From: Callorhinchus milii
Taxonomy: Eukaryota
Length of the DNA: 54,192 nucleotides
Reading direction: 5' to 3'
Assembly (NCBI RefSeq): GCF_018977255.1
Contig: NW_024705329.1
Span: 1-54,192 of the forward strand
A model generated the notes under the pieces. It saw nothing but the letters and a program-made list of their open reading frames with translations, had not been told where the DNA came from and searched no databases. Within the stretch, counting starts at the first letter, position 1, and each line of letters opens with the position of its first letter. Positions 1-9,716 of this stretch are shown piece after piece. Position numbers and translations under genes: made by a program.

Positions 1-489
1 CGTGATCCAATCGAGCTGACATTTTGCACACAGACTCGTTGTGCGGGACAATGTCTTTTCGTGAAAAATTTTTCCAAAATTTTACACTTTTTAGGTAAAA
101 AAAAAATTATATTTAATTACAATTGCTTAATGGTGGCAGGCAATCATCTGACCCATAGGTGGCAGCCATCTCAAGCCAGAGGACGAGAGGACTCTAGCCG
201 CCCGTTTCAAAGACCAATGTGGGCTGGGTTGTGGCCATTGAACACGCATATAAAGGATTTATAGTGAAAAACTTTGTTTTACGGGTTCATTTTTTTGCTG
301 TGCTGCCATCTCCTGGCCAACACACGGTCCCTGTGCGTTTGGAAGTCTCCAAAAACACACGCGAGATCCAGCGCCGAACCTTCGCCTCCAAACACTTGCT
401 GCCACAAATACATCACTTACAGATTGTAGAGTCGTTAGTGAAAAAACAACTGGCCAATCGCTTTGGGTAAAACACTAAAATGCTCCCAC

Positions 490-650
490 CAAATGGTGCG
501 ATGGGCACGGCCTTCGCGAAGCGCGCAGAGGTTCGCGTTCGAAACCGCGGCCGCCTGGTTATACTGCGATGTGTGTATTAACCGCTTCACAGTGGACGGT
601 AAACAAAATAGAATCCCGTTACGGCATTGTTAAAGAGTAGGCCACTTTGT
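490..650 (+). mobile_element. Degenerate tRNA-derived SINE head, possibly with a Deu-like central domain
   Basis: A-box-like TGGTGCGATGG (494-504) and B-box-like GTTCGAAAC (~537-545) at Pol III spacing. They are followed by GTGGACGGTAAAC...ATCCCGTTACGGCATTGTTAAAGAG, which resembles the DeuSINE core. The 3' end is undefined. Confidence 0.4.
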
Positions 651-789
651 GGAAGCATGTGTTTACATAACCCATCAGCCAAACCCCCGGCCTTCTGGGA
701 GTGCATAGTTTCAGCCATATACTGTACCGTGTTTCTATCAAAAACGAATTACTCTGGATGTGGCGGAGAGCCCAGTTGTGATCAAAGGC

Positions 790-882
790 AGGAAAGAGAT
801 GCAGAGGAAAGAGAGAGCAAGAGAGAGAGAGAGAGAGCGAGAAAAGGGAAAATAAAACATTAAAGAGGAGAAAGAAAGAAGA
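790..882. repeat. GA-rich low-complexity / (GA)n microsatellite
   Basis: Purine-rich run containing (GA)n at ~821-838. Confidence 0.85.
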
Positions 883-929
883 CTTGCCGGGAGAGAGTGC
901 ACATTGGAGTGAATTAACGAAGCAAGCAA

Positions 930-1185
930 CGAGAGGAACCCACGTGGTTACCTTCTGATAGAAGCCAGCGAGCCCTGCGCGAGTGACCTACGGTGTCACC
1001 ATGTGGCCAGCGAGAGAGACCCACGACGCGACAGTGTGGCCAGCGAGCCCTGCGAGAGGCCCCACGGTGTTACCGTGTGGCCAACGAACCCTGCAAAGAG
1101 GCCCACGGTGTTTCAGCCGGTACCGTGCAACCAATGAGCTCCATGAGTGAGGCCTGCGACATGACCGTGCGACCAGCGACTTTGC
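930..1185 (+). repeat. Degenerate ~40-bp minisatellite
   Basis: Recurring GTGGCCAGCGAGCCCTGCGAGAGGCCCACGGTGTTACC-like units starting at ~1003, 1036 and 1077, with weaker copies on both sides. Confidence 0.75.
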
Positions 1186-1369
1186 TGTGCGTCACACCTG
1201 CATTAACACGCGGCCAATGCTCCCAAAAGTGGGTGGTGTGTGTTTCAGCATCTCGACTGTTTAGAGCCCAGCAGCTCTGAGAGACCGTTGCGAAATCTTC
1301 ATCGCTGCGGGTGTGGTTGTGTCCACGGGAGCAATGAGAAGGCGGCCCATTCCAGACGCCTGGAAGTAG

Positions 1370-1490
1370 TTCAAGTTGTTCAAGTTCATTCAAGTTCATT
1401 TATTAGGTATAGCCTGTGAGCCATTCGGCTCTTGCATCGGGTGCAACCGCAACAAACAAAAAACAAAAACATGAACAAAACACATCTTAA
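1370..1490 (-). mobile_element. LINE (CR1/L2-group-like) 3' end, copy 1
   Basis: The minus strand has a GAGCC-N4-GGCTC hairpin, AATAAA and an (AACTTGA)n-type tail. It is an inverted homologue of 3505-3616. It may extend to ~1850 as a decayed ORF2 C-terminus. Confidence 0.7.
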
Positions 1491-2054
1491 AGTGAATATG
1501 TGACTGGCAAACAGAAAATCCAAAAAAGACAGCAAAATATTGCAGAAAAAGCACCGTACACCAACGCTTTGTGCAAAAATCCCAGTGGGATGCAAGTCAA
1601 ACAACAACAACCACAAGACAACTTAGATTAAGGCATCAGTCTAACTCTGTACTACAACAAACAAACATGGCCAAACCAAAAAACTTTTGCACCAGAAGCG
1701 AGGATATCTCAATCTCTCGGCGCGAGTGTGGAGCCGCACTGCAGCATCGTGGGTTGTGAAACACTGAAGACGCGCGCTTGCCTCATGAATGAATAATATC
1801 TACGTTGGTGTACGTCTTGCGTCTGTGCTTTTAGAGTAGGTATAAGAGTGATGCTGCAAGTGGTTTGTACACGAATCTTGCCCGCAGTGCACATCATGAC
1901 CTCTGGCTATTTTATATCTGAAGCCGCTTTGAACTTTTCCCCGGTCAACTCGGCCTAAAAATTGTGTTATTGGTTCACCGTGTCAGCATAATCACTCGGG
2001 AGACCACGACGTCCGTTGTGCTGGCTCCAGCAACTTCCCCTGTGCCCGCATCGG

Positions 2055-2150
2055 CCTTGACAGGTACGTATTTTGAACTTCTCTCGCCACCGTATGTAAC
2101 CAACCGTGCTAATCGGAGTTGCGGGGAAAGGACAAACTAAGCACAAAAAG
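2055..2150 (-). repeat. Dispersed repeat homologous to 8950-9042 (L2-like 3' UTR)
   Basis: AACCGTGCTAATCGGAGTTGCGGGGAAAGGACAAACTAAGCACAAAAAG matches AACCGTGCTAATCAGAGGTGCAGGGGAAGGACAACAAACTAAACACGAAAAG at ~8990-9041. Confidence 0.75.
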
Positions 2151-2444
2151 GAATGACGAATGATGCCAGAGGTCCCATTCTATTCTATTTCGCATTTATA
2201 TCGCGACCATTCACCCACCCCGAAAGGCCAGCCATGGTAAGGCGTGGGGTCAAACAGCCCCCACCGACTGACGTGGCATGAGGTCAGCCTTTCATCGAGC
2301 GGTGGATTAACAAATGGCTGTGAACGATCCCAAGTATTGATGTTGCATCGCTGCAACTTGCTGACCACCGCCCTCGCCCCTTTCCTTGACATCTGCGAAA
2401 AAGAGCTTCAGCTCATTGGATAAGCCACTTGGTTAAGCTGTCAG

Positions 2445-2515
2445 TCGTGGCCAGGTGCCTTCTGAAAAGAGAAGCGATCATAGCTTCGTGGGCTCTACCT
2501 GGTAAAATACAATAG
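2445..2515 (+). mobile_element. L2-type 3' tail stem-loop (SINE/LINE end)
   Basis: CCAGGTGCCTTCTGAAAAGAG...TAGCTTC...TACCTGGTAAAATA matches the reverse complement of the V-SINE tail at 5583-5640. CCAGGT/ACCTGG closes a stem. Confidence 0.6.
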
Positions 2516-2724
2516 TTTATTTTTATTTTTTATTTTTACGATTTGCTTTCCCTTTGCACTCCAATCGTGTTTTCGTATTGTTTGTTGCTAGGAAGTTCTG
2601 ACCCACCCCCGACTTGAACACCTGTGAAACAAGAGCTTTAAATCGCTTGTCCCATTCCTCCAGTGTAAATAGATAGTCTGATTTCTGGATTCCTCCTCCA
2701 GTCCGAGTAAACATTGTGACCTAA

Positions 2725-2943
2725 ATTTCGATTTAAAGCTTTCGTGACTGCAGGGATTCATCTTCTTGGTTCTTTCGGTAAAGTCACGTAGAAGGGAAGT
2801 AATAAAATAATAAAAAATAAAACATAATAAAACAATTCTCGAAACGTCGTGAGAATTGTTTTATTATTGTTTTATTATGTTTTATTTTTATTATTTTATT
2901 ACTTCCCTTCTACGTGACTTTACCGAAAGAACCAAGAAGATGA
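2725..2943. mobile_element. Penelope-like terminal repeat family B, fold-back copy 1
   Basis: 2758-2840 is a near-perfect inverted repeat of 2851-2943 around the loop GAAACGTCGT. The copy starts ATTTCGATTTAAAGCTTTCGTGACTGCAGGGATTCAT. The direct repeat ACATTGTGA flanks it at 2711-2719 and 2943-2951. Confidence 0.75.
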
Positions 2944-3144
2944 CATTGTGATCCTGTACAAGGATGCGCACGGGGCCAGGAAATCCAACCGGGCGTTCAC
3001 CCGCGTCGCGGTTTGGTGGCGTGAAGCGCTTCGCCGCCGATGCCAGCTCTGTTAGGGGGGCCAAGCGTACATCATACACTGGGAGTGTCGTGCTGACAGC
3101 TATGGCTGCAAGTTTGGTCATACGTGTTATGTATATCGTTTATT

Positions 3145-3271
3145 TTTCGATTTAAAGCTTTCGTGACTGCAGGGATTCATCTTCTTGGTTCTTTCGGTAA
3201 AGTCACGTAGAAGGGAAGTAATAAAATAATAAACTTCCCTTCTACGTGACTTTACGAAAGAACCAAGAAGA
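3145..3271. mobile_element. Penelope-like terminal repeat family B, fold-back copy 2 with 13-bp TSD
   Basis: Same terminus as copy 1. Arm 3179-3219 is inverted at 3233-3272 with a 1-nt deletion. TATATCGTTTATT is duplicated at 3132-3144 and 3272-3284. Confidence 0.8.
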
Positions 3272-3504
3272 TATATCGTTTATTGTTAAATTAAAATGAC
3301 AGTTCCTATGATTACTGTTGTTACATTGTTTTTATAGCTTTATTTTAGTGATTTGAAAACATATGGTTAATCTAAATTGTCGTATGGTTGTTGTTGTTGT
3401 TGGCTTGCACCACATTGTGATTTTTTCACACAGCGTTTTAATACTTTTTGGGGGGGGGGGGGGGGGGATATTACTGGCTTATTCCAGGATGTTTCTGTTA
3501 CGCG

Positions 3505-3616
3505 TCATCGCTTTGGGATGTTCTGTGTTCATATTTTGTTTGTTGCGGTTGCACCCGACTCAAGAGCCGCATGGCTCACAGGGCTATACCTAATAAATGA
3601 AACTTGAGAACTTGAA
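3505..3616 (+). mobile_element. LINE (CR1/L2-group-like) 3' end, copy 2
   Basis: GAGCC-GCAT-GGCTC hairpin (3564-3577), AATAAA and AACTTGAGAACTTGAA tail. Homologous to 1370-1490 in the opposite orientation. Confidence 0.7.
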
Positions 3617-3711
3617 TCTGCCCCCCCCCCCGCTCGCACGTCGTGCCAGCCTTGACAGGCGCTCCGCAACGGCACCTTGGTCGAGTCTGTGCGATTGAAC
3701 GCGAGATGTAC

Positions 3712-3810
3712 GCAACAACAATAACAACCGCCATTCGCCACTAAGTGGTGGTGACGTCACCACGACGCTTGTGCCAGGCCATGTGCACCTTGAGGCCACG
3801 TGAAGTGTCG
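3712..3810 (+). repeat. Unclassified dispersed repeat, copy 1
   Basis: ACAACCGCCATTCGCCACTAAGTGGTGGTGACGTCACCACGACGCTTGTGCCAGG matches 7801-7895. Confidence 0.8.
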
Positions 3811-4622
3811 AACGCCCGCTGGCAGGTCACGGGGCAGACCCACGGGTCGACTGACCGAGATGACCGAGATGTACGCGCACGCGCACACGCGCACAACACG
3901 TGTGCGTGTTTACGTTGGTCTTTTGGATGTGTTGGTTTTATTTCAGCAGAGTTTCGTGTGTCGTAATGTGATTAAGCCAAATGTGTTTGGGGTGGTCTTG
4001 CCAACCATTTTAAACACCTTAAACGTTTACATAAAAAAAAACAATGACAATCGTTCTAATGTATATTAAAACACAGTACACGTTTTAAAAACACTTATTT
4101 TATATTGCCTTGTGTTAAGACTTTACGGCGAATAGATGGTTCTGTTCGCAGTTTTTTACAGATTCATATCTGCAGGGGAGAAAATGATAACTCTTGTGCT
4201 TTGAGACAGGGTGATGTGCCAGCTTAAGTGAGCAATCCACATTATGGTGATACTCCCACTGTATTTCACGTACGTGCTGCGTGCGCGCGCGTGTATTAGC
4301 TCACACACGCACACACGAGGCAGCGAATATCCCTTTCATTATATTGCGCTGGAAACGAGCAATGCGGGGAGTGCTGTCGTAAGCCAATTGCACTTGTGTA
4401 TAAGTTATTAATGCAGATGCAGCCCATATGGCATGAGTAATGCATCGACTGGCAGAGTGACTAATGCATGGCCAAATCAATATTCACGGAACGCGTTCCA
4501 CTTGAAATGGGGCATTGCATGGAGTGGCAGTGCCCTGGGGTTTTTTTTTTTAAGCCTGGAATAGTTAGGGGGGGCCAAGCGCACTTACAGTGCGCGTGCC
4601 CCCCCCCCCCTCCCTCGTAATA

Positions 4623-5435
4623 CAGTTGTGATAACCCTTCGGAGTATTCGCAAGGGATTGCGTTCAGGAGATGATGCTCGCGAACAGCAAATTTTGCAGA
4701 TATTGATATTGTCCTATGAAGGTAATTCATCTCTTTAATCAATGTTACTTAAATGAATGTGTAAGTAAGCTGTTGAATACATGAAAAGTATCGTAATAAC
4801 ACATCTCTTTATCTCATCACTTTATCTGTCATCACTTTATCTCTTTTCACTTTCTCTCGTATCACTTCATGTCATCACTTTCTCATCGCTTTATCTCTCA
4901 TTGCTTTCTCTCGATCTCTTTCTCTCTCATCACTTTATCTCTCAACACTTTATCTCTCATCACTTTCTCTGTCATCACTTTCTCTGTCATCACTTTCTCT
5001 CTCATCACTTCGTCTCATCACTTCATCTCATCACTCTCTCTCTCATCACTCTCTCTCTCATATCACTCTCTCCCTATCATATCACTCTTTCTCTTACCAC
5101 TCCATCTCCATCACTCTCTCTCTCATATCACTCTCTCCTCTCTCTCTCATATCACTCTCTCCTCTCATATCACTTTCATCTCATCACTCTCTCTCTCATC
5201 ACTCTCTCTCATATTCACTCTCTCCCTCTCATATCACTCTCTCTCTTCATCACTCTCTCTCTCTCTCACTCTCCCTCTCATCACTCTCTCTCTCATATCA
5301 CTCTCTCCTCATTACTTTCTCTGTCATCAATTCATCTCATCACTTTCTCTCTCTCTCTCGTGTAGAGTTGCAAATGCGATTCGTGGATAGACAAAATCGC
5401 GAATAGCAAGTTCGTGAATAACGAGGGGATTGCTG
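4623..5435. mobile_element. Decayed Tigger/pogo-like (MER2-like) MITE with internal minisatellite
   Basis: The left end TA|CAGTTG...CCCTTCGGAGTATTCGCAAGGGATTGCGTTCAGGA and the right end CGCGAATAGCAAGTTCGTGAATAACGAGGGGATTGCTG resemble MER2/Tigger termini. The two ends are degenerate inverted copies of each other. Confidence 0.55.
4800..5358. repeat. CT-rich minisatellite (TCATCACT(T/C)TCTC-like, ~13-17 bp)
   Basis: Dozens of TCATCACTTTATC / TCATCACTCTCTCTC units with a variable (CT)n portion. Confidence 0.95.
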
Positions 5436-5582
5436 TTATTCATGAACTTCGTGGTCACACGTAGAACTGGCCCACCCAGCTCGACTGAACACTGTTGGGG
5501 TGGGAGGCCAGCGTAACCCGTCTTGTTCGGAAATGACAACAATCACCTACTTCTGGAGTCCATTAAAACTATTTCACAATTT

Positions 5583-5868
5583 TTATTTCACCAGGTAAGG
5601 CAGACTGAGCTATGTAGCTCCTTTTCAGAAGCGACCTGGCAGACAATGATAGCGCAAACGTAGTGGCCTCTCATGATGTGGAAATGTACAGCAGCCAATA
5701 CTGATTCTAAATGTGGAGGGAAAACCCAGAGTGCCCGGAGAAAAATCCATGCAATCACGGGGAGAGAGACGCACAGACTCCAAATATACAGGTGTCAGGG
5801 TTGGGATCGAACCCGTGATCTTCTGTATATCAGGTGAGATAGTTAACATCTCACCACCGTGGCACCCC
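5583..5868 (-). mobile_element. V-SINE-like element (tRNA head, V domain, L2-type tail)
   Basis: The plus strand shows GTGGAGGGAAAACCCAGAGTGCCCGGAGAAAAATCCATGCAATCACGGGGAGA...CAGACTCCA (V-domain signature), a B-box complement (GATCGAACCC) and the head CACCACCGTGGCACCC. The minus-strand tail is CCAGGTCGCTTCTGAAAAGG...ACCTGGTGAAATAAA. Confidence 0.8.
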
Positions 5869-6569
5869 TTTATCACTTCATAGGCGTCTCAACCAGAGGT
5901 GGGTAGCACTTACTGCAAGCTTTGTACTTCGTATCATATCCTTGTGGATTAGAAAGAAGTTTTGCTGGCTGGATTCATGGCAGCCTGGCTGGAGTACTAG
6001 CATACGTCCACGTGTCCATGGGGCGGTGACGTCACCGCGCCCATCTGCTTGATGACCGAACGGCATCCGACAGTGTTGGGTCGGGTTCATGCACCGCACT
6101 GGCATCACATCTCCCAACCCCCACCCCACACACAAATGCGTGGGACGTACTCTCTATCATACTAGGCAGATGCAACGGTCACGTTCAGTTCAGGCTGCTG
6201 GTTACAAAGAAAATAAAGTCTTGTTTTTGACCCCGCGGCTAGAATATGCCGCAGTGAGTGAAAAGCATTGCGGCAAACGTTCTGTAATCTATCCAGTAGA
6301 GCATCGTTGAGTCTCAAGACTTTTCTTGGGGTTTCTGGAATTGGAAAATGTTAACTCCTTCCTTTCTAGAGAGTGTTCTGCCTGGTGGGAAGCAACTCGA
6401 GTAGTCGGACAAGGAAAACTGCCTACAACAACAGCACAGGTCTGCGCAAGGCAGGTTATGAACCCACTCGCTGTACCGCCATTTCTTGGTTACCTCTTCA
6501 CCCAGCAGGGTTAGGTGTCGCACAAGATTAAATCTGCTTGGTCCACCAGATCTGTTTAACACGTAGAAT

Positions 6570-6875
6570 TAGGCTTTCACGACTAATATTATCCATCATT
6601 AAGGTTTCTTTTGTGTTAGATTGCATAAATATAAATGTGTTGTTAAACCCACCACTACCCGCCACAGCCAATTAGTAAGGTTTGTTACGTAAACTAAAAC
6701 GTGGCAATTAGTTACGAGTTCAGCACACTGCTTGTGTGTTGTGGGTTTACTCTCCAACTCACTGGTGTGCTGAACTTGCAACTAATTGGCACATTTTGGT
6801 TTACGTGACAAACCTTACTCATTGGCTGTGTCGGGTAGTGGCGGGCTTAACGACAAATTTATTTTCACGCGATCC
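6570..6875. mobile_element. Penelope-like terminal repeat family A, inverted pair (no ribozyme core)
   Basis: The ~6620-6728 arm is an imperfect inverted repeat of ~6765-6875, and both arms match 14180-14330. The left end AGGCTTTCACGACT parallels the family B terminus AAGCTTTCGTGACT. Confidence 0.75.
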
Positions 6876-7524
6876 ACCAGGTCTGCCCCGCCCTCTGTCA
6901 TAGTACGAGAATCCATCACTCACTACGACGTGACAGAACCTGAGTTCAAGCACGTGTTGCGGCTCAATCCCGAAAGCAAAGTGATGACCTTAGCGGTGTT
7001 TTTGGGTCAGTTCTGCGACGCAGCCCTCCAAGTCACCTGACCACCTCGTTTTTGAATGGGCGCGTGTGAGCCATAGATCGCGTGAGTTTTTCGCTGCTCT
7101 TGGAAACTAATAACGAAGCATTGGCGCTTGCGTGAGAGAGATATAATGAAGCGGTCGTTTCCTCGTTGGCACCACCTTCCGCCACGCTGTGAGGTTTGCG
7201 CTTTTGGTAATTTATTTGGCGAGTTAAAAAAAATGTTTTAAATGGATTGGGTTAAAATTACTTTGCAGTGTGCTTATTTTTCTTGAGAAACTGTAATGCA
7301 AGCCGTAAATCAAAACAGAACAAAACCTCACTGCAAGGTAACAATGATACAGTCTTAAATCAGATTTTATGCACAAGCAAACAGCTTAATAAATGAGTTG
7401 AAAATTGCATATTTCAGAACTAACTTAGCATGGACCCATGCACACACATACGTGTGCGCATGCACTTAAACACTCAGACATATCACGGAGACACACACAC
7501 GCTCTAACAGATGTATACACGTGA

Positions 7525-7797
7525 GGGCAAAGGTCCCCTGTATAGCCTTTTCAGGCTGTTGAGTCAAGTGCTTCTCACGAGCCCCAACGAAGGCCGGCAT
7601 GGTGTACGAGGCCATGGTGTGTCCAGCACAATTCCAAACCACCTCTGTCTCCCGAGTGGTGACGTTTTACACCCCGCATTGGGAACTCATTTAAGTTGAC
7701 CATGGGAAGGCTCGGGACCGATTTAGATATTGATGGTGAGCATGAATCGAATTCACCGGGTTGGTAGCGCAGTGCGCTAACCTCTGTTACCGCCACA
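7525..7797 (-). mobile_element. tRNA-derived SINE, same family as 9417-9716
   Basis: Minus strand: head GGCGGTAACAGAGGTTAGCGCACTGCGCTAC, B-box-like TTCGATTC, tail AAGGCTATACAGGGGACCTTTGCCC. Collinear with 9417-9716. Confidence 0.8.
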
Positions 7798-7800
7798 GTA

Positions 7801-7895
7801 AACAACAACAACCGCCATTCGCCACTCAGTCGCTGTGACGTGACCACATCGCCTGTGCCAAGTTGTGTGCACGTTAAGTCCATGCGAAGTAAAGC
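7801..7895 (+). repeat. Unclassified dispersed repeat, copy 2
   Basis: ACAACCGCCATTCGCCACTCAGTCGCTGTGACGTGACCACATCGCCTGTGCCAAG matches 3712-3810. Confidence 0.8.
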
Positions 7896-8387
7896 GCGCA
7901 CACACATTGTACACATGCTTAAGCACTCTCCGTGTCTGTGGTTTATTTGCAATTGAAATTGCATCATCAAATCATTAAACGTTGGCCTCTGGTTTGACTT
8001 CAACATCGGTGAGGCTCACGGTGCACTCGTGACATCTGGCCCAACTCCTTTGTCAGTATTTGTTGCAATCGGCAATATTCCTGAAGTGCACAGGAAAGCC
8101 CTGATTCTCCGCATGTCAGAAACATTTGCTGTACTGTATCCTTACAAGCACCAACGAATTTTCCCCATCAGCGAGTGTCTCTTGCCTGCCTCCCAAGTGG
8201 CTGGATTGCAGGCACCTCTGCCACCTGCCCTGGCTTTTGTGGTCCTTTGTTCCCATCAGAACAGCAGGTCATCCCACCAGCAAGTGTATGATGGCAGTGG
8301 AGGTCATGGGTAGTGATCCCCAGCCCCTAGAATCATCTATGGGAAAATAATATTAAATGAAATCCACTTCAACTTGCAGCCATTTTT

Positions 8388-8520
8388 CAATCCACTGCAG
8401 TACAAAGGACTCCCTATGCCACGTCATACGGAGCACGTGCCTGGCCGAGTGGCGTTTCTCCGTAGCTGCACCGGCAGTCATCCAAAAACTCTCTCCCACT
8501 GCTGCACAGCGGCATCCAAG
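8388..8520 (-). mobile_element. Decayed RTE LINE ORF2 extreme 3' end
   Basis: The minus strand ...TGACGTGGCATAGGGAGTCCTTTGTACTGCAGTGG encodes ESFVLQW, resembling the RTE terminal motif WRxxGEAFVLQW (with a stop and a frameshift). Confidence 0.55.
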
Positions 8521-8550
8521 CACCATCTGCCTTCAAGCAGCAGCTCAAAG

Positions 8551-8725
8551 CTCTCACCTGTCCAGACTCTCACCTGTCCAGGCTCTCACCTGTTCAGGCT
8601 CTCACTTGTCAAGATTCTTGTCTGTCCTGGTTCTCACCTATCCAGGCCCTGACCTATCTAGGCTCTCCCCTGTCCAGGCCCTGATTTGTCTAGGCTCTTC
8701 CCTGTCCAGGCCTTGATCTGTCCAA
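8551..8725 (+). repeat. 16-bp minisatellite (CTCTCACCTGTCCAGG)n
   Basis: About 11 degenerating units of CTCTCACCTGTCCAGG. Confidence 0.9.
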
Positions 8726-8914
8726 GCTCGCATTTGAGGGACTTTGAGCTCTATCTCCACGCCTCCCGAGATCTCGATCGACCATTGAGACTTTTCGTGA
8801 AATATGCGCATTTTTATCAATTTAGTTTTATCATTATTACTGAACCACACTTCGCAATGGAGTTTAGTGAGCCTCGTGGAAAATGCACGTGCCCGTGGAA
8901 CAGTGGCATTGGCG

Positions 8915-9145
8915 CCGGTCTATCCGACCGCAAAGCGCGGCTCCCCCTGTATGTGTGTATATTGAACTTATTTCACACCGTACGCAGCTAACCGTGCTAA
9001 TCAGAGGTGCAGGGGAAGGACAACAAACTAAACACGAAAAGCAGTTCTGCATAAATGAGTTTTCAATTTAGATTTAAAAGTGCATAGGCTCCAGTGGCTT
9101 CCTATTATCTGAAAGAAAAGCGTTCCAGACGGCCGCATGAGCCAA
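8915..9145 (-). mobile_element. Decayed L2/CR1 LINE ORF2 C-terminus plus 3' UTR
   Basis: The minus strand encodes AAVWNAFLSDNRK and then, after a frameshift, FKSKLKTHLCR. This matches the WNxLP...FKxxLKTHLF motif. The downstream UTR is shared with 2055-2150. Confidence 0.7.
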
Positions 9146-9416
9146 CATTACCCGCGCTGCCAATTCCTGGGCGATATCACTGGCATCCACTAAGCCTCCA
9201 CAGAGGCTATTGATTGGCTTCATAACCTCGATATCCACACTCTTATAATGCAGCAAATGTCACATTCATTGCCATGCGAAAGAATAAGTGCAGAATGGTG
9301 AAGGTAACTTTTGTTAAGCCGAATGGTGGACATATTACGTAAGAAGTAACGTTCTTGCAAGCCTGTGTGTGTTGGTATAACTGTTTGTGTACATATATGT
9401 CTATGTTTGCTCATGT

Positions 9417-9716
9417 GGGGAGCAGTAGTGTAGCGGTTTGCGCGCTGCGCTACAAGCCTGGCCTTCCGGGTTTGACTCCTGCTCACGGCCAACACCAGTG
9501 ACAATTATTTGAACTGGTTCTGGGCCTCCCCTAGGTCGACTCGGCCTCAAATAAATACCTGGGGCGGGTTTAAAACATCGCCACTGGGAGACAAAGGCGG
9601 CCGGGCATAATGTTCACCACCCATGCCTTTGTGTGCCATACCAGCCTTCATAGCTGCTGGCTCACAGCACTTGCCCCAAAAGTGTGTTAAGGCTATACAG
9701 GGAATCTTTGTCTTTG
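9417..9716 (+). mobile_element. tRNA-derived SINE
   Basis: A box TAGTGTAGCGG, B box GGTTTGACTCC, central GGTCGACTCGGCCTC...AAAGGCGGCCGGGC, tail GGCTATACAGGGAATCTTTGTCTTTG. A second copy lies at 7525-7797. Confidence 0.85.

Noticed and set aside
930..1185. CRISPR-like periodic ~40-bp repeats
   Set aside because: No unique spacers, degenerate units, no cas genes and a eukaryotic context.
4781..5390. 194-aa and 173-aa Ser/Leu/His-rich ORFs
   Set aside because: Translations of the CT-rich minisatellite.
9417..9490. tRNA gene
   Set aside because: A and B boxes are present but there is no complete cloverleaf, and the sequence continues into a SINE body and tail.
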